Made by a program: the position numbers and the translations under genes | Shown: positions 51,742-64,000 of the stretch, piece by piece | Numbering within the stretch: the stretch's first letter is position 1 | How the letters are laid out: each line of letters starts with the position of its first letter | The notes under the pieces: generated by a model | Databases searched by the model: none | Told to the model about the DNA's origin: nothing | What the model saw: only the letters and a program-made list of their open reading frames with translations | Assembly (NCBI GenBank): GCA_053919585.1 | Contig: CM132795.1 | Source of the DNA: Euprymna scolopes | Lineage: Eukaryota | Length of the DNA stretch: 64,000 nucleotides | Direction: 5' to 3' (one strand)

Positions 51742-51790
51742 TATCTCAAAGTTTAGGTCGATGTAGTCTCTGACCTTCTTCAGATGTTTC
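51742..51790 (-). ncRNA. Decayed hammerhead-like motif (Penelope-type)
   Basis: Minus strand CTGAAGA-A-GGTC-loop-GACC-(T)AAAC; the core G is mutated. Confidence 0.3.
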
Positions 51791-53146
51791 TTCTTGAACT
51801 TGGGAATCTGCACAAAAACCCGTGATGCAATAAAAATAATGTATAAAACTTAAAATCACGAAGATTGCTTAAGTAGTTTTGTTTTAAAATATTAGTTTGG
51901 ACTAAACACCGATCGGCGAACTCTCGATGTCATATTTTAATAGTCTCGAAGACAAAAGATATATCCCTATTAATTCATACGTGTGAATTTTTAGGATGCT
52001 TATGAGCTGCGCTATTTTGTAAACAGTAATTTTGAAATAGTAAAATGCTTTTTTTAAAATAGTATTTTCAAGTCGAATTCAAGTTTTTCGTATTTTTGTT
52101 AATTAAACTAGGCCACCCGTGACCCGTTGGGTCAGTACGTTATATTAGCTATGGAATTCATGTATGAGCGTGACACTTGTGGCATAAAGAAAATAGTTTT
52201 TTTTTACATAACAGAAGCATTTCTATGAAAGTATATTAAAATGAAAAAAGAATATAGATAGATTTCTATGAGTCGTTCTGTTTATTATAATTATTTTTTT
52301 TTAAATTACAGTTACTGAATTATAAGTGGTTGGTCATACTTATAGGTAAATATGCACTGAACAGGTATCATAATCCTTATTATAGTTAAATTCAAATTTT
52401 GATATATCATCTTTTAAATGAAATTGTTAGTTGAAAGTACAGAATAATAAAAAAAACACTCTCCACATGTTAATAATGGCTTTTTTAATAGAAAATGAAA
52501 ATAAAATGTAACTTTTTCATTTAATTTAAGCAAACATTCAGTACCCATTGTGTAAAGGAAAACACTATTTAATGTAATAGAAATGTGTGCATTTACCGAT
52601 TCAGCTTTCCGTTTGGAAATGTAAGCAGACGACTTTAAAAAACATGGGAAGAAGAAAAAGACATTTTTTTGTAATAACGCCCTCTAGTAAAAAGGTCTGC
52701 ATTAGTTAAGGGGGATAACTCTATCCAGTTTTACATCGCTGCCTTTTTCTCTCTCTCACACATACACGTAACTATTTCTCGCGTACGTAACGAAAACAGA
52801 GGGAGTAGGAGTGTTGAAATCTATTAGAGGGAAAGTGAGGTGTTTTCTTTCCATAAATTGTATAGGGTAATATTTCATATTATCAATAGATTCATAGATA
52901 AATAGATTTTATAATATATATTATAATTATCTATGAATCTATGTATTATTTGTATATATAAATAACTATTTGATCAAATTAAATTAAATTGTTTGTATTA
53001 AAAGCGATATAAAAATTCCGGAATTGGAATAACGGATTGCAGACGTTGCTATTAACGCATGCGCAACCGGATGTTGAAAACCGGAAATCTGATTGCAAAC
53101 ATACAAGATCCATAGACTTTTAGTATTATATAGATTGTTATCTGAC

Positions 53147-53253
53147 AGTACAAAATAATAAGAAAATAACACATCGATCCCTCTCCATGTGAAGAATAAC
53201 TTTCTTAATAACGTGATTATTTCAGCGCAAGGGTCAAATAGTGCATAAGTACC
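53147..53253 (+). mobile_element. Diverged partial Merlin-like MITE
   Basis: ...CCCTCTCCATGT..TTATTTCAGC..AGTGCATAAGTACC. Confidence 0.55.
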
Positions 53254-53390
53254 GATTTTAGAAAACTAGTTTCTGTTAGAAGAGGGCACTGGAAAAACTC
53301 ATTACTCGCCAACTCCATTTTAAAACATAAATTAAACGTGTATACCAACGTCGTGCCTACGATTTCCTATGAGTAGGGTATTGATTTTCT

Positions 53391-53580
53391 GGTACCCATG
53401 CACTTATTGATCCGTGCTGAAATAATAACGTTATTATTTTTTTAAGCCATTCTTAACATCGGAAGGGTAGAATGTTTTGTACCTATTCTGTAATTTAACC
53501 TTACAATTGAATAAAAAAAGATACAACTTTAATTAAACTTGGAAATACTATTTAAAAATAGCGCGGATCAGTAAGTGCAT
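53391..53580 (-). mobile_element. Merlin-like MITE lacking the last ~7 bp
   Basis: Left flank gattttct; the right end GCAT|TTTCT fits a small deletion across the TIR tip and TSD. Confidence 0.85.
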
Positions 53581-54427
53581 TTTCTATATAAAAATAAAAC
53601 TATTAGTTTATGTGGTTTTTGGGCGCACGATACCTGTCTGTGAGCCGTATGTGCATGATAGTTTATTTTTTCTTGAATGCGGAACCTATTTCTCGAGCTC
53701 ACCTGATTATCTTATATTTATTATTTAATAATAGTGCTTGTAATCTGGTACAGCGGATTTATTCTGTACAACTACTTTATCATGGAACAACCGATGCTAG
53801 CCCCTTTTTACTCTGTTGTTGTTTCATATTCTGTTAAACATAAACAGCAAGAAGTGTTTTCGATATCAAAACGAAACAAAAAAATAATTTTACTCTTCGA
53901 GTGCAAAGCGTCAGGCTGAATTTATACAGTGCTGCTTTTAAAGGGCTTCTTTGAAGATTACATAACTATTTTCAAATGTCATGTAAACATGTAATGAAGC
54001 ATCCCCATACCTAATTCAAGTGTGGTTAACCTCATCAATATTTCCAAATCCATGACGAATAAGGTTATTTATCAATCAACTTCCAATGATTTCACCTCAC
54101 CTACCCTGACTTCGAGGTTCGTATCATTTTGTGATTATTTATCCCTAGTAATAAATGTGTTTGAAGTATTTCAAGTAATACATTACAATTATAATGTAAA
54201 AATATATGCCAAATATCTACGATCAATACAGACAAAAAGACATTAAACTATATATGCATTCATACTAGAGCTATGTGCACATTTTGATGTTAGTGTGGGA
54301 AGAGTATAGACAATTATTCGCGAGGAACTGAGGATGTGCAAGATTTTCGCGAATGCACCAGTCCACAACTTCATCTTTGTCACAGATTACTTTAACAAGT
54401 TGGACATAAGAACAGTACTCACCCTCT

Positions 54428-54704
54428 TTATCGTCCAAACCTTGCTCCTTGTGACTTTTGGTTATTCCCAAGGCCAAGGGAAACTTTAAGAGCTGTCGCT
54501 ATGACACGATTGAGAGGATAAAAAAGACAGTGACAGGTCATTGGAACGCTCATACATGGGACTTAGGAGGCCTTCCAGAATTTGTTCGATTGGTGTAAGA
54601 AATACATAGCAGTCTGGGGAGATTATTTCTAAGGGGACTGCATATATGTACTATCAATTAAAATGACTATATGAAAAATCTAGATACTCATTGAAAGCAC
54701 CTCG
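54428..54704 (+). mobile_element. mariner transposase 3' remnant with right TIR
   Basis: YRPNLAPCDFWLFP (YSPDLAP motif), AFQNL, IAVWGDYF*GD; ends TTGAAAGCACCTCG. Confidence 0.7.
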
Positions 54705-54827
54705 CATATGTGTTTATATCGAAGTAAATACAGTAATCTCTACTGTGGATTTGGGGATTAGCTAAAGCAGTGAGATTCTGTTTTGCCTTTTGATGTTAAT
54801 CTCTTTTAAATATGAGTAACACTTCTC

Positions 54828-55024
54828 GGTACTAATGCACTTATTGATCCGTGCTGCAATAAGTCATTATTTAGAAAGTCATTCTTAACATGGGACGGTA
54901 GGGTGTTGTGTACCTATTCTGTACTTTCAATTAACAATGAAATAAAAACAGATATCGTTAAACTTTAATTAAACTTAAAAATACTATTAAAAAACTAGCG
55001 CGGATCAATAAGTGCACTAGCACC
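54828..55024 (-). mobile_element. Merlin-like MITE
   Basis: Full length; flanks cacttctc/aacttccc. Confidence 0.85.
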
Positions 55025-55796
55025 AACTTCCCAACAACTTTAGATTCATATGCTTTTTTTTTTTAGAAATTCTGTGTGTTAAAGCCAAACATACAAATGC
55101 TGTCTATTGTTTCTTTGCTATTCTCTTCTTGAGGACTTTTCACACAAATCCGATGAAAGCGTCGTTCTTCGCTTTCCAAGAGTATGCTGCCAGCTGACTG
55201 CCTCGAGCAAGCATTAATGCGCGGTATCTCGAAATTTCTGTGAACACATGGAAAAAAATGTCCAGATTCGTATGAAGGATTTATAATTTGATTTGCTGAA
55301 AGATTGTCTAGTTTCTTCTATTCCTACCCGCACACAAGAGAACCTATATCGAATGTATTTAGTTCCTCTGAAGCACGTTCGTCCGACCGGGAATACTTGA
55401 TTCAATTTACATCACTTAAGAACTGCCATCTTCGAAAGTAAAGCGAAAAAGCTTTCTCAGCATAAATGTCGTTGTTTTACTACGATCAGCAAATCTCGTT
55501 TTCAGCTAAAACGGCAAAAAATAGTCGTCCTATTTGAATATACGCATACCATTGTATAACAACGCAATGAATTAATATTTAGACGATGGCTTTAAGTTTG
55601 GAATAATAAGAATTAAAGTTAACCAAGCTTATGAGACAACCCTTATACATGTAAATATATCATTATTTCTTTCATAGATCCACATAGTGTTATCAGAATG
55701 TTGTGTACCACCTTTAAGAATTTACTTTGAGTGTGATCAATAACGGATTACGGATATATAGTATGTAATGAATGTAATGGTGATGAAAATGTTCTT

Positions 55797-55946
55797 ATTG
55801 TTTTGACTCTCGAGTAAACATTCGCCAGAGTTAGACATAGTGAATAAACAGAGAACCACATCACTCAATATAAAAGCATATAAGATCAACAGATACACAC
55901 TCGAGAGTCAAAACAATGCAAGGAATATGCCGTGGTCATAGCCCTG
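55797..55946. mobile_element. Palindromic MITE (family of 26958-27125)
   Basis: Perfect 19-bp inverted repeat ATTGTTTTGACTCTCGAGT / ACTCGAGAGTCAAAACAAT. Confidence 0.65.
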
Positions 55947-56083
55947 ATAATGAATAGATATATATGGCAATTAAGTTGTATGTAATTGAATCATGGGTAT
56001 AAAGAAGAGCGAGCACTGGAGAAGTAAAACTCTTGCCGTTATTTTTTACGGAAATATGTGTCTTTTGTACGGGCAGCATATGT

Positions 56084-56118
<35 letters not shown>

Positions 56119-56165
56119 CTAGCAGGCTGCCCGGTGTCACCCGGTCGTAAAATACGCATAAATTT
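56119..56165 (-). mobile_element. Helitron-like 3' terminus (extent of element unresolved)
   Basis: Minus strand GCGTATTTTACGACCGGGTGACACCGGGCAGCCTGCTAG|T matches 12493-12532. Confidence 0.55.
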
Positions 56166-57376
56166 TAATTCAAACAAAGAATGAGGCGTGCATGCGAGTA
56201 TTGTTTTCTAAACAGTTCAATTCTTGTAAGTTAAAAATAAATACTCGATCTGAAGTAGAAACCAATCTTTAAAGCAATGTCTCAAGTTCAGCAACAATTA
56301 GATCGGCTAGACACAATCTTTAAATTTCATATATATTTTTACCAAAAAAGAATTTGTAATGTGAACCATTCACCCATGCGCATTCGAAAAACTGTTAGCA
56401 AACAGTTAAAAATTCGACGACCCTTACATACCAATTTTTAAATGTTGGCTCTTTAGCAGCACATTTTTTCGGATGAAAAGCGATTAAAAAGTTTTACACA
56501 TGCCTGAATATCCAATATACCAAAATTTAAATTAGTATTGCACAGCTTCGAAATCCTTTTCTAAAAAGCTTTTTGATATGCATAATATACATTTTATGCG
56601 CAAGGAAGTGCTGATACACAATTCTTCCGTGAGGATTTCTTTATTGTAGAACCCGAATCTGAATTACCTTTCAGATTAATTCAGTACCTTTTTAGACTCC
56701 TTACAGACAAGTAAAATTTCACGCACATGTTAACGTTTCAGTGAGCGATGATAAATCTGATGTCGTATATGTGTCGACTTGTGAATAGACTCATATTAGA
56801 AGTGTTCTGAAACAAAATTAGTTCCTGTCAACAAATAAACACTACAGTTTTAAATAACTGTATTTAAGAAAGTAGTATTTTATCTGTGTAAAGAATATTT
56901 AATTGAAAACTGTCTTAAAAGAAGACCGAGTAGTTATTGCTTAAAACGAACTACGTTGCTCAAATTTTAAATATTTTGCTCAAAACTTTATTCATTAAAC
57001 AGATATTTGTTTTTTTTTATCCTGTGAACTCGCTTGAAACAGTATCATTCGAAATTTCGAAAACAGATTCCTGAGTTTCAGAACTATTAACTATTTCGAT
57101 ATTCGAAAGAGGTCGAATTCTTACGTTGATTGAAACGTGCAAATAACATATAAAAATAGAAGAGTAGTCCAAGAAATCCAAGTAATATACACTCCGTCAA
57201 TGTAGTACCTAGAATAAAGCTTATAATTATGAATTAAGGGTTTATAGTGCGATCAAAGAATTCTATTTAAAAAGCTGATCGTGTAGAGATACGTTCTGTT
57301 GAGCGGCGTATTTTGTTTTATTTCCTCATTTCCCCTCCTATGATCAGCTCTTCGCTGTCATGGCACTGTGATTATT

Positions 57377-57409
<33 letters not shown>

Positions 57410-58844
57410 GAAATTGCAATTACGCCATTAATTTTATCCATTGCAGCATACTGCATGGTTTTGATTAGAGGAATCGCATTGAATGTCAGCTAATACATCT
57501 AAATGGAGGTAAGATCAAAGTAAATATTTTCCTTAACGAAATTAAATGTCTATAATTTAACAAAATTTGTGTTTTTAGTGAGTCTGCTAATGCAAAAACA
57601 CTGAGAATACTATATATCTGTAGTTCTCCCATGGGTGATTATAAAAATCGCAATGGTATACACAATCGTGCATAAACCTAAATTAGTCCTCAATGACACT
57701 GTTGGATTATGCATTTCATTTGTGCCAAGCTCTGATAAATACATTTTAAGCTGAATAAAACCTGTTAGATTAAAACAAAGATGCATGAAAATCATGTACG
57801 AAAATGAAACCGAAATAGGATTCAACGACCATGCGTGCAAATTACGTACATGTTATTAGAGTAACAATTGTGTCATTCAGTATAAATAAGACATTCATTA
57901 TGCTCGTTAAAATTAAAACCAGTTCGTTTTTGTGCGCAAATTGTGCCGGATTACAATTTACTTAAGATTTGCATCGTGCATGAATTACATGATTCTCGAA
58001 TCTGGTCCGAATTTAAATTCCTGGTGCTTCTAATACGATTTGGTTCAACAAAATAAACATTTTCTAAACCCATAAATCCAAATATATCGGCTGTCTTTAT
58101 ATTTTTAAATACTAGGCACTTAAAGCACTTGGTCATAAAACGCTAGATTTGTTAGGTAGCATAATCAATCATAGTATATCTTATATAAATGCTAAACCCT
58201 TAGGAAATATATTCTTAGTTTCATTAGAACAACACCTTCAGATTTTTTTAGTTTGATTTACAAAGAAGTTACCTTCTAAGCTAATAATACGATCCGTTTA
58301 TTCAGTGTTCACTGGTATTGATTGATTGATTGATCTATTTTATGGCTTTACTTATTCTTATTAAATAAAGAAAGGATAAATTAAAATCATGACCCGATCA
58401 CGGGACATGCATTACTGATAGATATTACAGAATCCCTCAAAATCTCTAGTTTTTGCTAATATGCGTGGACGTTTTCATGGTGTGTAGCTAAAATGCCATC
58501 AGGGCAGTGTAATGCGGAATCTTTTTGACTTCAATATGGACAGAGTAACGAGTTCCTAACATGAACAGAACCGAAATTAGTGCATAACGTTCTACTTTGA
58601 CCGTTCTTAATCTTAATCAATATCCCCAAATTAGGTCGTTCTCACTTAGGAAATAACCGATATTCTAGCAGAAACGAAATGTGTGCTGTGTACAAAGTAA
58701 ATCACAAGCATGATGTTCTTTGCAGAAGTAATTAGTCGACCCGTGCACGACGAATAATATTACTAAGACATAACAATATTTAAGTTTTATAAAAGGTTCA
58801 CCAAAAGACTACTAATAAATTTTTAAAGAGTTACTGAAGATTAT

Positions 58845-59146
58845 TTGCCACGGCTTACAAAAAGGGGTTGAATGGATAAAATGTCTGATTAGCAGTTTAG
58901 TGCCGATTCTCATGTTACACGAGCCGCACCTATTTTCGACATTCGTAAGTCTCCGAGGATTGTATTGTTGACATTGAATTCACCGATGTTTCTACCTGTC
59001 AGAATGGTTTCTAGAAAGGCATTGAATACTTACGGGAAGGACCACGTGAAGGTTGCCAACATTCGTAAGTTTGTAGAACGAACTGGATTCGAACTGTGAA
59101 TTCTTAGGCTGTCAATTCATGTCGTTAACCACTTGACCACTGTCCC
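58845..59146 (-). mobile_element. Putative tRNA-derived SINE
   Basis: GGGACAGTGGTCAAGTGG (A box) ... GTTCGAATCC (B box); the 3' boundary is approximate. Confidence 0.5.
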
Positions 59147-59282
59147 ATCGATTTCTAGCATTGCAAAGTTTTTGATTTTGTGTACGTATTTCGTATTCAG
59201 TAGAATTCATACTTGGCACATCGCCTTCCAGAAATGTATATAAAATTGTTTTTCCTCAAGTATTTAATCGGCGTAGTAAATA

Positions 59283-59442
59283 CAGGGTGACCTCCCCCCT
59301 GCCAAAAAAAAGAAGCTAAATGGAGGTCATCTAGAACATATGCTGTAGAACGGAGAAAAAAGGCCAAAAGTTTAATTTCATTCGGACAAAACACTAAGAA
59401 ACTGGGCCTAATTAGTTGGTGCCCGTTTTTTGGGTCACCCTG
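59283..59442. mobile_element. Tc1/mariner-type MITE
   Basis: ta|CAGGGTGACC ... GGTCACCCTG|ta. Confidence 0.75.
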
Positions 59443-59519
59443 TATTTATCGAACCAAACATATTTATAAGTAGAACTCACTTCTCGCAAAACAGTAACAT
59501 AAAAATGATTTATTCCAAA

Positions 59520-59932
59520 CTAGCCTAGGTGCCTGAGGTCGCCTGGTTGTTTGGAGGTGTATATTGAGCAAAACAAAATCGTGGTAGTAGGCAGGTAGGC
59601 TCGAACCTGTACCGCGAAGGACATGAAAAAATAGTTACGTCTTTGCCGTTGCGTCTATCGCCAAACCAAAGTGGCCAAAATGTAAATTAAAGCTAGTCAA
59701 TCGAAAAGAGTGGATTACTTTCGAAAATATCGGCGAATAAAGCGGCTCCTCTTTGTAGAAAAGTGTCCAGTAGAGGGTGAAAGAATTAATGTTTATAGTC
59801 ACATTTTCGATATTTGTCGTCCGAGGAGCCGAGCTTAATAACGATACCGATCTCGTGAAAACCCGTCGCCGCGGTGGAGTTTTAGTCAAAAATACATACA
59901 TTTAAACAGGGAGGTGAGATTTATATAATAGA
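59520..59932 (-). mobile_element. Non-autonomous Helitron
   Basis: Minus strand A|TCTATTATATAAA ... GCTCAATATACACCTCCAAACAACCAGGCGACC...GGCTAG|T, with canonical TC/CTAG ends in an AT site. Confidence 0.75.
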
Positions 59933-61841
59933 TGAATGCAACATTTTCATAGATCATGCGTATGCGATATTACGTAGTTGATTAATTAATTTGTATATGT
60001 TTTTGTAATTGAATCTTTTGAATAAACTACAGCTATTATTTTTTAAACACACTGATTGTTTGACTTTTTATATAACAAATATTTTTGGATCGAATGTTTA
60101 ATTTTCTAGATGAATTTTGCGTTAAAAGGTGCCTTTCTTTAAAGTAACCTTATTTACCTTGAATAGGAGGCGATTTCATTCTATATTACTAGTAGAAACG
60201 CATATTGATTTATCTTGGTTAAACTTACAATCAGGAGATGAATAGTTTTGTAGCCAGATTATCAGATCCATTTGTCTATATTAAATGAAACAGATTTTAT
60301 TTTATTTAAAATTTCATGATTTAAATGTTTACTTTAAGTTGGTGTTAACGTATTAAAGCGCAACCAGTTAGACATATTAAAAAAGGTATGTTACCTGCCT
60401 TTAACGCTTTTATTTACGAACATATTTCAAGATATGTTCATAGGTATCTCCGTCACAGTGTAATTTAAGGTATTACATTTTATTCCTATCAATGTTAATG
60501 ATTTTAACCAGTAAGTATACATGAAAAACAGATTAAAGTGGCAAATGATTTACGCAAGTCAACAAATGTCAATGAGCGATATCTTCACCTAGGCGCACTT
60601 TCTCTGACCCTCGTATCTGGCAATGATCCGAGATATCTTTATAGCCTACCCAGGCCAAGTCTCGACAAGACGAAGTCTTGTGATCTCTACACCTGCGTCA
60701 ATCATTAACCTCTGTCTGCTTGAGGTCAGCCACGTTGTGAAAAGGCCAGATTGGAAACTGAACAAAGTGCTAAGGTTGATCCTTATCGACTTATCAGATA
60801 TCTGGTTAGTAATATAATTGATATATGTGGCTCGTGTAGAAGGGACGAGATTCCTACATAACCGGTTAAGATATGAGCCTAGATTCATACGTTGATGCCG
60901 AGATAAATCAATAAGAAGTTATGGCCTTTTAGTCACATGTTTAATAACGGATATTTTCTTTCACTTTTATTTACAAGACATGTATAAACCACAGATATAC
61001 GATATGTAACTGTTAGCAAAGGCAGGATATTTACTCTTCTATCTAGATATGCTTTTTGCGTTTTAATAGCGTAAAGCATTTAATGTTAAACAAATCGTGG
61101 CTGAGTTACAACGAAAAAATGGCATTGTACGAAGTCTCTTGATAATCACTTGAAAATCGACAATTAAACAAAATGCTTGTAGAACGACGTTATATTTTAG
61201 CACGATTAGGATCATTTATAAGATTTATTTTAAAAGTACATGAGATTATCATTTATTGTTAATAATATACACAGTAATGAATCTGAATCAAGTATAGTAA
61301 TCAAGATAAACAGTAGCGCCTGACCGTACATCTCTTTGCAATAAAATAATGATTTAGCATTGTCATTTGCTACAAGCAACCTACTTATATGAATATATAA
61401 TTCATTTATAAATACTAGCCCCATGAGAATTTAACAAAATGAGAAATGTTTAATTAAATTATGTTTAGATAAACCTGCCATTTTTCTGGGTAACGCAAAA
61501 CGTGAGCTTTTTTTAAAACTAATAACACTCGGCAAATATTAATTCAAAAACATTTCAATGGAAATAGTGTCTATTGTATTGGAAATTTAGAACAGATCCT
61601 AATGAGAAATTAATTGGTCGTTATAACATTTCAGAAAGAAATACTGTGCTACATAGTTCAATACCAATAATATGATACCATTATAATAGATAATATTTCA
61701 TCTACTCTTTCATTCTAATATAATTCGCAGAACTGTTCTTTCTTTTTACCCGTTTTCTCGATTTTTTTACGTAAATTTTCTGACTGATTTCTTACGTAAA
61801 AAAAAACATTGCGTGTCAGAATAAGTTACTTTCTTACATTA

Positions 61842-61951
61842 TGTAATATCCCTAACCCCTCATCTCTTGAATGCACTCTTCCGTTAACTATAAATGCTGT
61901 GTAATTAACGCTATTTGTGACTTGCTTTCTTTTGTGAATAAAACCTTTACA
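61842..61951 (+). repeat. Putative 5' LTR (110 bp) of the Ty3/Gypsy element
   Basis: TGTAA...TTACA termini with internal TATAAAT and AATAAA, ~50 bp upstream of the gag ATG. Confidence 0.6.
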
Positions 61952-61999
61952 AAGGTATTCGGCTCTTCGTTTTTCACTACAATTTTATTCACAAAAGAA

Positions 62000-64000
62000 A
62001 TGGACCGAGTACTTCGTCCCGAACGATTCGACACCGAGTCTACAGCCTTCAATGCAGAAAAAAAAAGTACAAACGTTTATGAATTACTTATATACGGTTA
62101 ACGGCACTGAACAAACTGGAAACACCCAAACTGACTTCTATGCTTTAATAAATAGCATATCGGCTGATGTATACGAAATAATCAGTGACACAAGCGACTA
62201 TGCATCTGCCATGAGAGCTCTGGACGCGGCATACATCAGGCCTACTAATATCGTTTACAACCGACATCAACTTATTACCATGAAACAATAACCAGCGCAA
62301 ACAGTGGATTCTTTCAGGCTACAGTTGGAAAACCTCGCTAAGACATGCAACTTCCAAGCCGTGAGTGCTGAAACAAATAAAAGCCAGTATATGCGGGAGG
62401 CTTTTATTAGTGGTATCTCCTCCTCCTCAATTCGGCAACGACTTCTCGAGAAATCCTCTCTAATTTTTCGGGAATCATACGAGATGGCAAGATCTCTGGA
62501 ACAAGCAGAAAAGCAATTTGCGCGTTACACCCAGGAGAGTGTGATTTCTGCGCCAATAATCGCTTCAGGAGAAAATACGAGTCTGACTGCAACACAAAAA
62601 AAAAAAACGAGGCTGAAGGAAACTTGTTTTTTCTGCGGGAATCCTCGTCATCCGCGTCGCCTTTGTCCAGCACGGGACTCGAACTGCAATAAGTGTTCGA
62701 AAAAAGGACACTGGGCCAAAGTCTGCAAATCTTCCGTGTCAGCGGTGCTAAATGAAGACACTGATTTCCCGAGTCTCGCATGTCTAGGAAGGACAAATAC
62801 ATTACTTTTACTAAGTGTAAAATAAATAGATTCACCGTCAATGCCATGATAGATTCTGGTAGTGTGGGGACTTTCATTAACGACAATATTGCAAAAAAAA
62901 AAAATGAACCTCGAAATTATTCCCAAACACAAAGAAATATCATTAGCCGACCCTAAAATGTGTGCGAAAATTGTGGGAGAAACTAAAGTCGATATCTCTC
63001 TAAATAATAATATACACTCTAACATAATAGTGGAGGTCATTAAAAATTTATTTGTCGACTTAATCATTGGAAAAGATATCTTCGGCAGATACAAGATGGT
63101 AACTTTCAAATTCGATGGACCGGAGGAAGAACTTATTATCGGAGCAGTCACCAAGAATACCTTTTTTCCATCCATGAACGCTTCTCCTCCCCCATTATTT
63201 TCTCATCTTTCTACGAAAACAACACCAATCAGCACCAAGTCACGTAGCCACACAATTGCTGATAGCAAATTTATAAGAGCAGAGACTGCAAAATTGTTGA
63301 AGGAAAATGTTATAGAACCCTCAATTTCACCTTGGCGAGCGCAAGTTCTAGTAACATCGAATGAAAATCGAAAAAAAGAATGGTGATTGATTATAGCGAC
63401 ACAATCAACAGATTTACTGAATTAGACGCGATTCCAATACCAAGTATATCAAAGATTGTCGAGGAAATAGCCAGGTATGTTTTCACTACACTTGATCTTA
63501 AATCAGCATACCATCAAATCCCCATCAGTAAGGAGGATCGTAAATTTACAGCATTCGAGGCGAATGGTAAATTATACCAGTTTACTCGCCTGCCGTTCGG
63601 GGTTACTAATGGAGTAAGCGCCTTCCAAAGGACCATTGACGGTATTGTAAGCAAAGAACAATTAATAGATACTTTTGTCTATGTGGGTAATGTTACTATC
63701 TGTGGAAAAACCCAAAAGAAGCATGGCTATAATCTTCAAAGATTTTATGGGGTTGCTAAACAGTACAACATCACACTTAATAAAAAAAGCATCGTTTCAG
63801 TCTCAACGATAACATTACTTGGGTGCACTATCAAAAACAACCAGTTATCGCCCGACTACGAACGTCTTAAACCTCTACTTGAGATGCCACCTCCTCTAAA
63901 TCTAAAATCACAAAGACGGATTATTGGGATGTTCTCCTACTACAGCAAATTTATCCAGATTTTTTCAGAGAAAATATTAACACTAAACCGCAATAGAGAA
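62000..64000 (+). pseudogene. Gypsy gag-pol with frameshifts and stops
   Basis: MDRVLRPERFDT; CFFCGNPRHPRRLC..CNKCSKKGHWAKVC; MIDSGS; SPWRAQVLV; LDLKSAYHQIPI; TAFEANGKLYQFTRLPFGVTNGVSAFQR; YVGN. Confidence 0.9.

Larger units (their letters stand above)
61842..64000 (+). mobile_element. Ty3/Gypsy LTR retrotransposon, defective, truncated by the window edge
   Basis: LTR, gag, protease and RT in order. Confidence 0.9.

Noticed and set aside
60646-60888. Minus ORF with a faint LINE-RT-like RQRLMID segment
   Set aside because: No flanking RT motifs, so support is insufficient.
62407-63175. Long minus-strand ORFs (159 and 175 aa)
   Set aside because: Antisense shadows of Gypsy gag-pol.

Overview
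AT-rich, repeat-dense eukaryotic (invertebrate-like) DNA with no confidently identifiable host protein-coding gene. Nearly all ORF-track entries are microsatellite or AT-rich noise, or transposon remnants. Recognisable content: (1) a 3.76-kb internally deleted BEL/Pao LTR-retrotransposon derivative (21411-25171). It lacks a normal 5' LTR and is bounded by ~85-bp inverted TGT...ACA ends with a 4-bp TSD (ATAG). It has an A-B-A'-B' inverted-repeat knot at its left end, an 11-nt PBS-position sequence complementary to its own LTR, and a TAF3-like PHD finger after the integrase C-terminal region. (2) About 16 recognisable copies of a ~190-bp MITE with GGTRC-initiated 28-bp TIRs and 8-bp TSDs (Merlin-like), in two TIR subtypes. 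(3) A defective Chapaev3-type DNA transposon, four CR1-like LINE fragments, a head-to-tail array and dispersed copies of non-autonomous Helitron-like elements, Tc1/mariner remnants and MITEs, foldback elements, two tRNA-derived SINE heads and two decayed hammerhead-like motifs. (4) The 5' part of a Ty3/Gypsy element running off the right edge. Family assignments rest on recalled motifs and structural hallmarks read by eye; no database searches were run.
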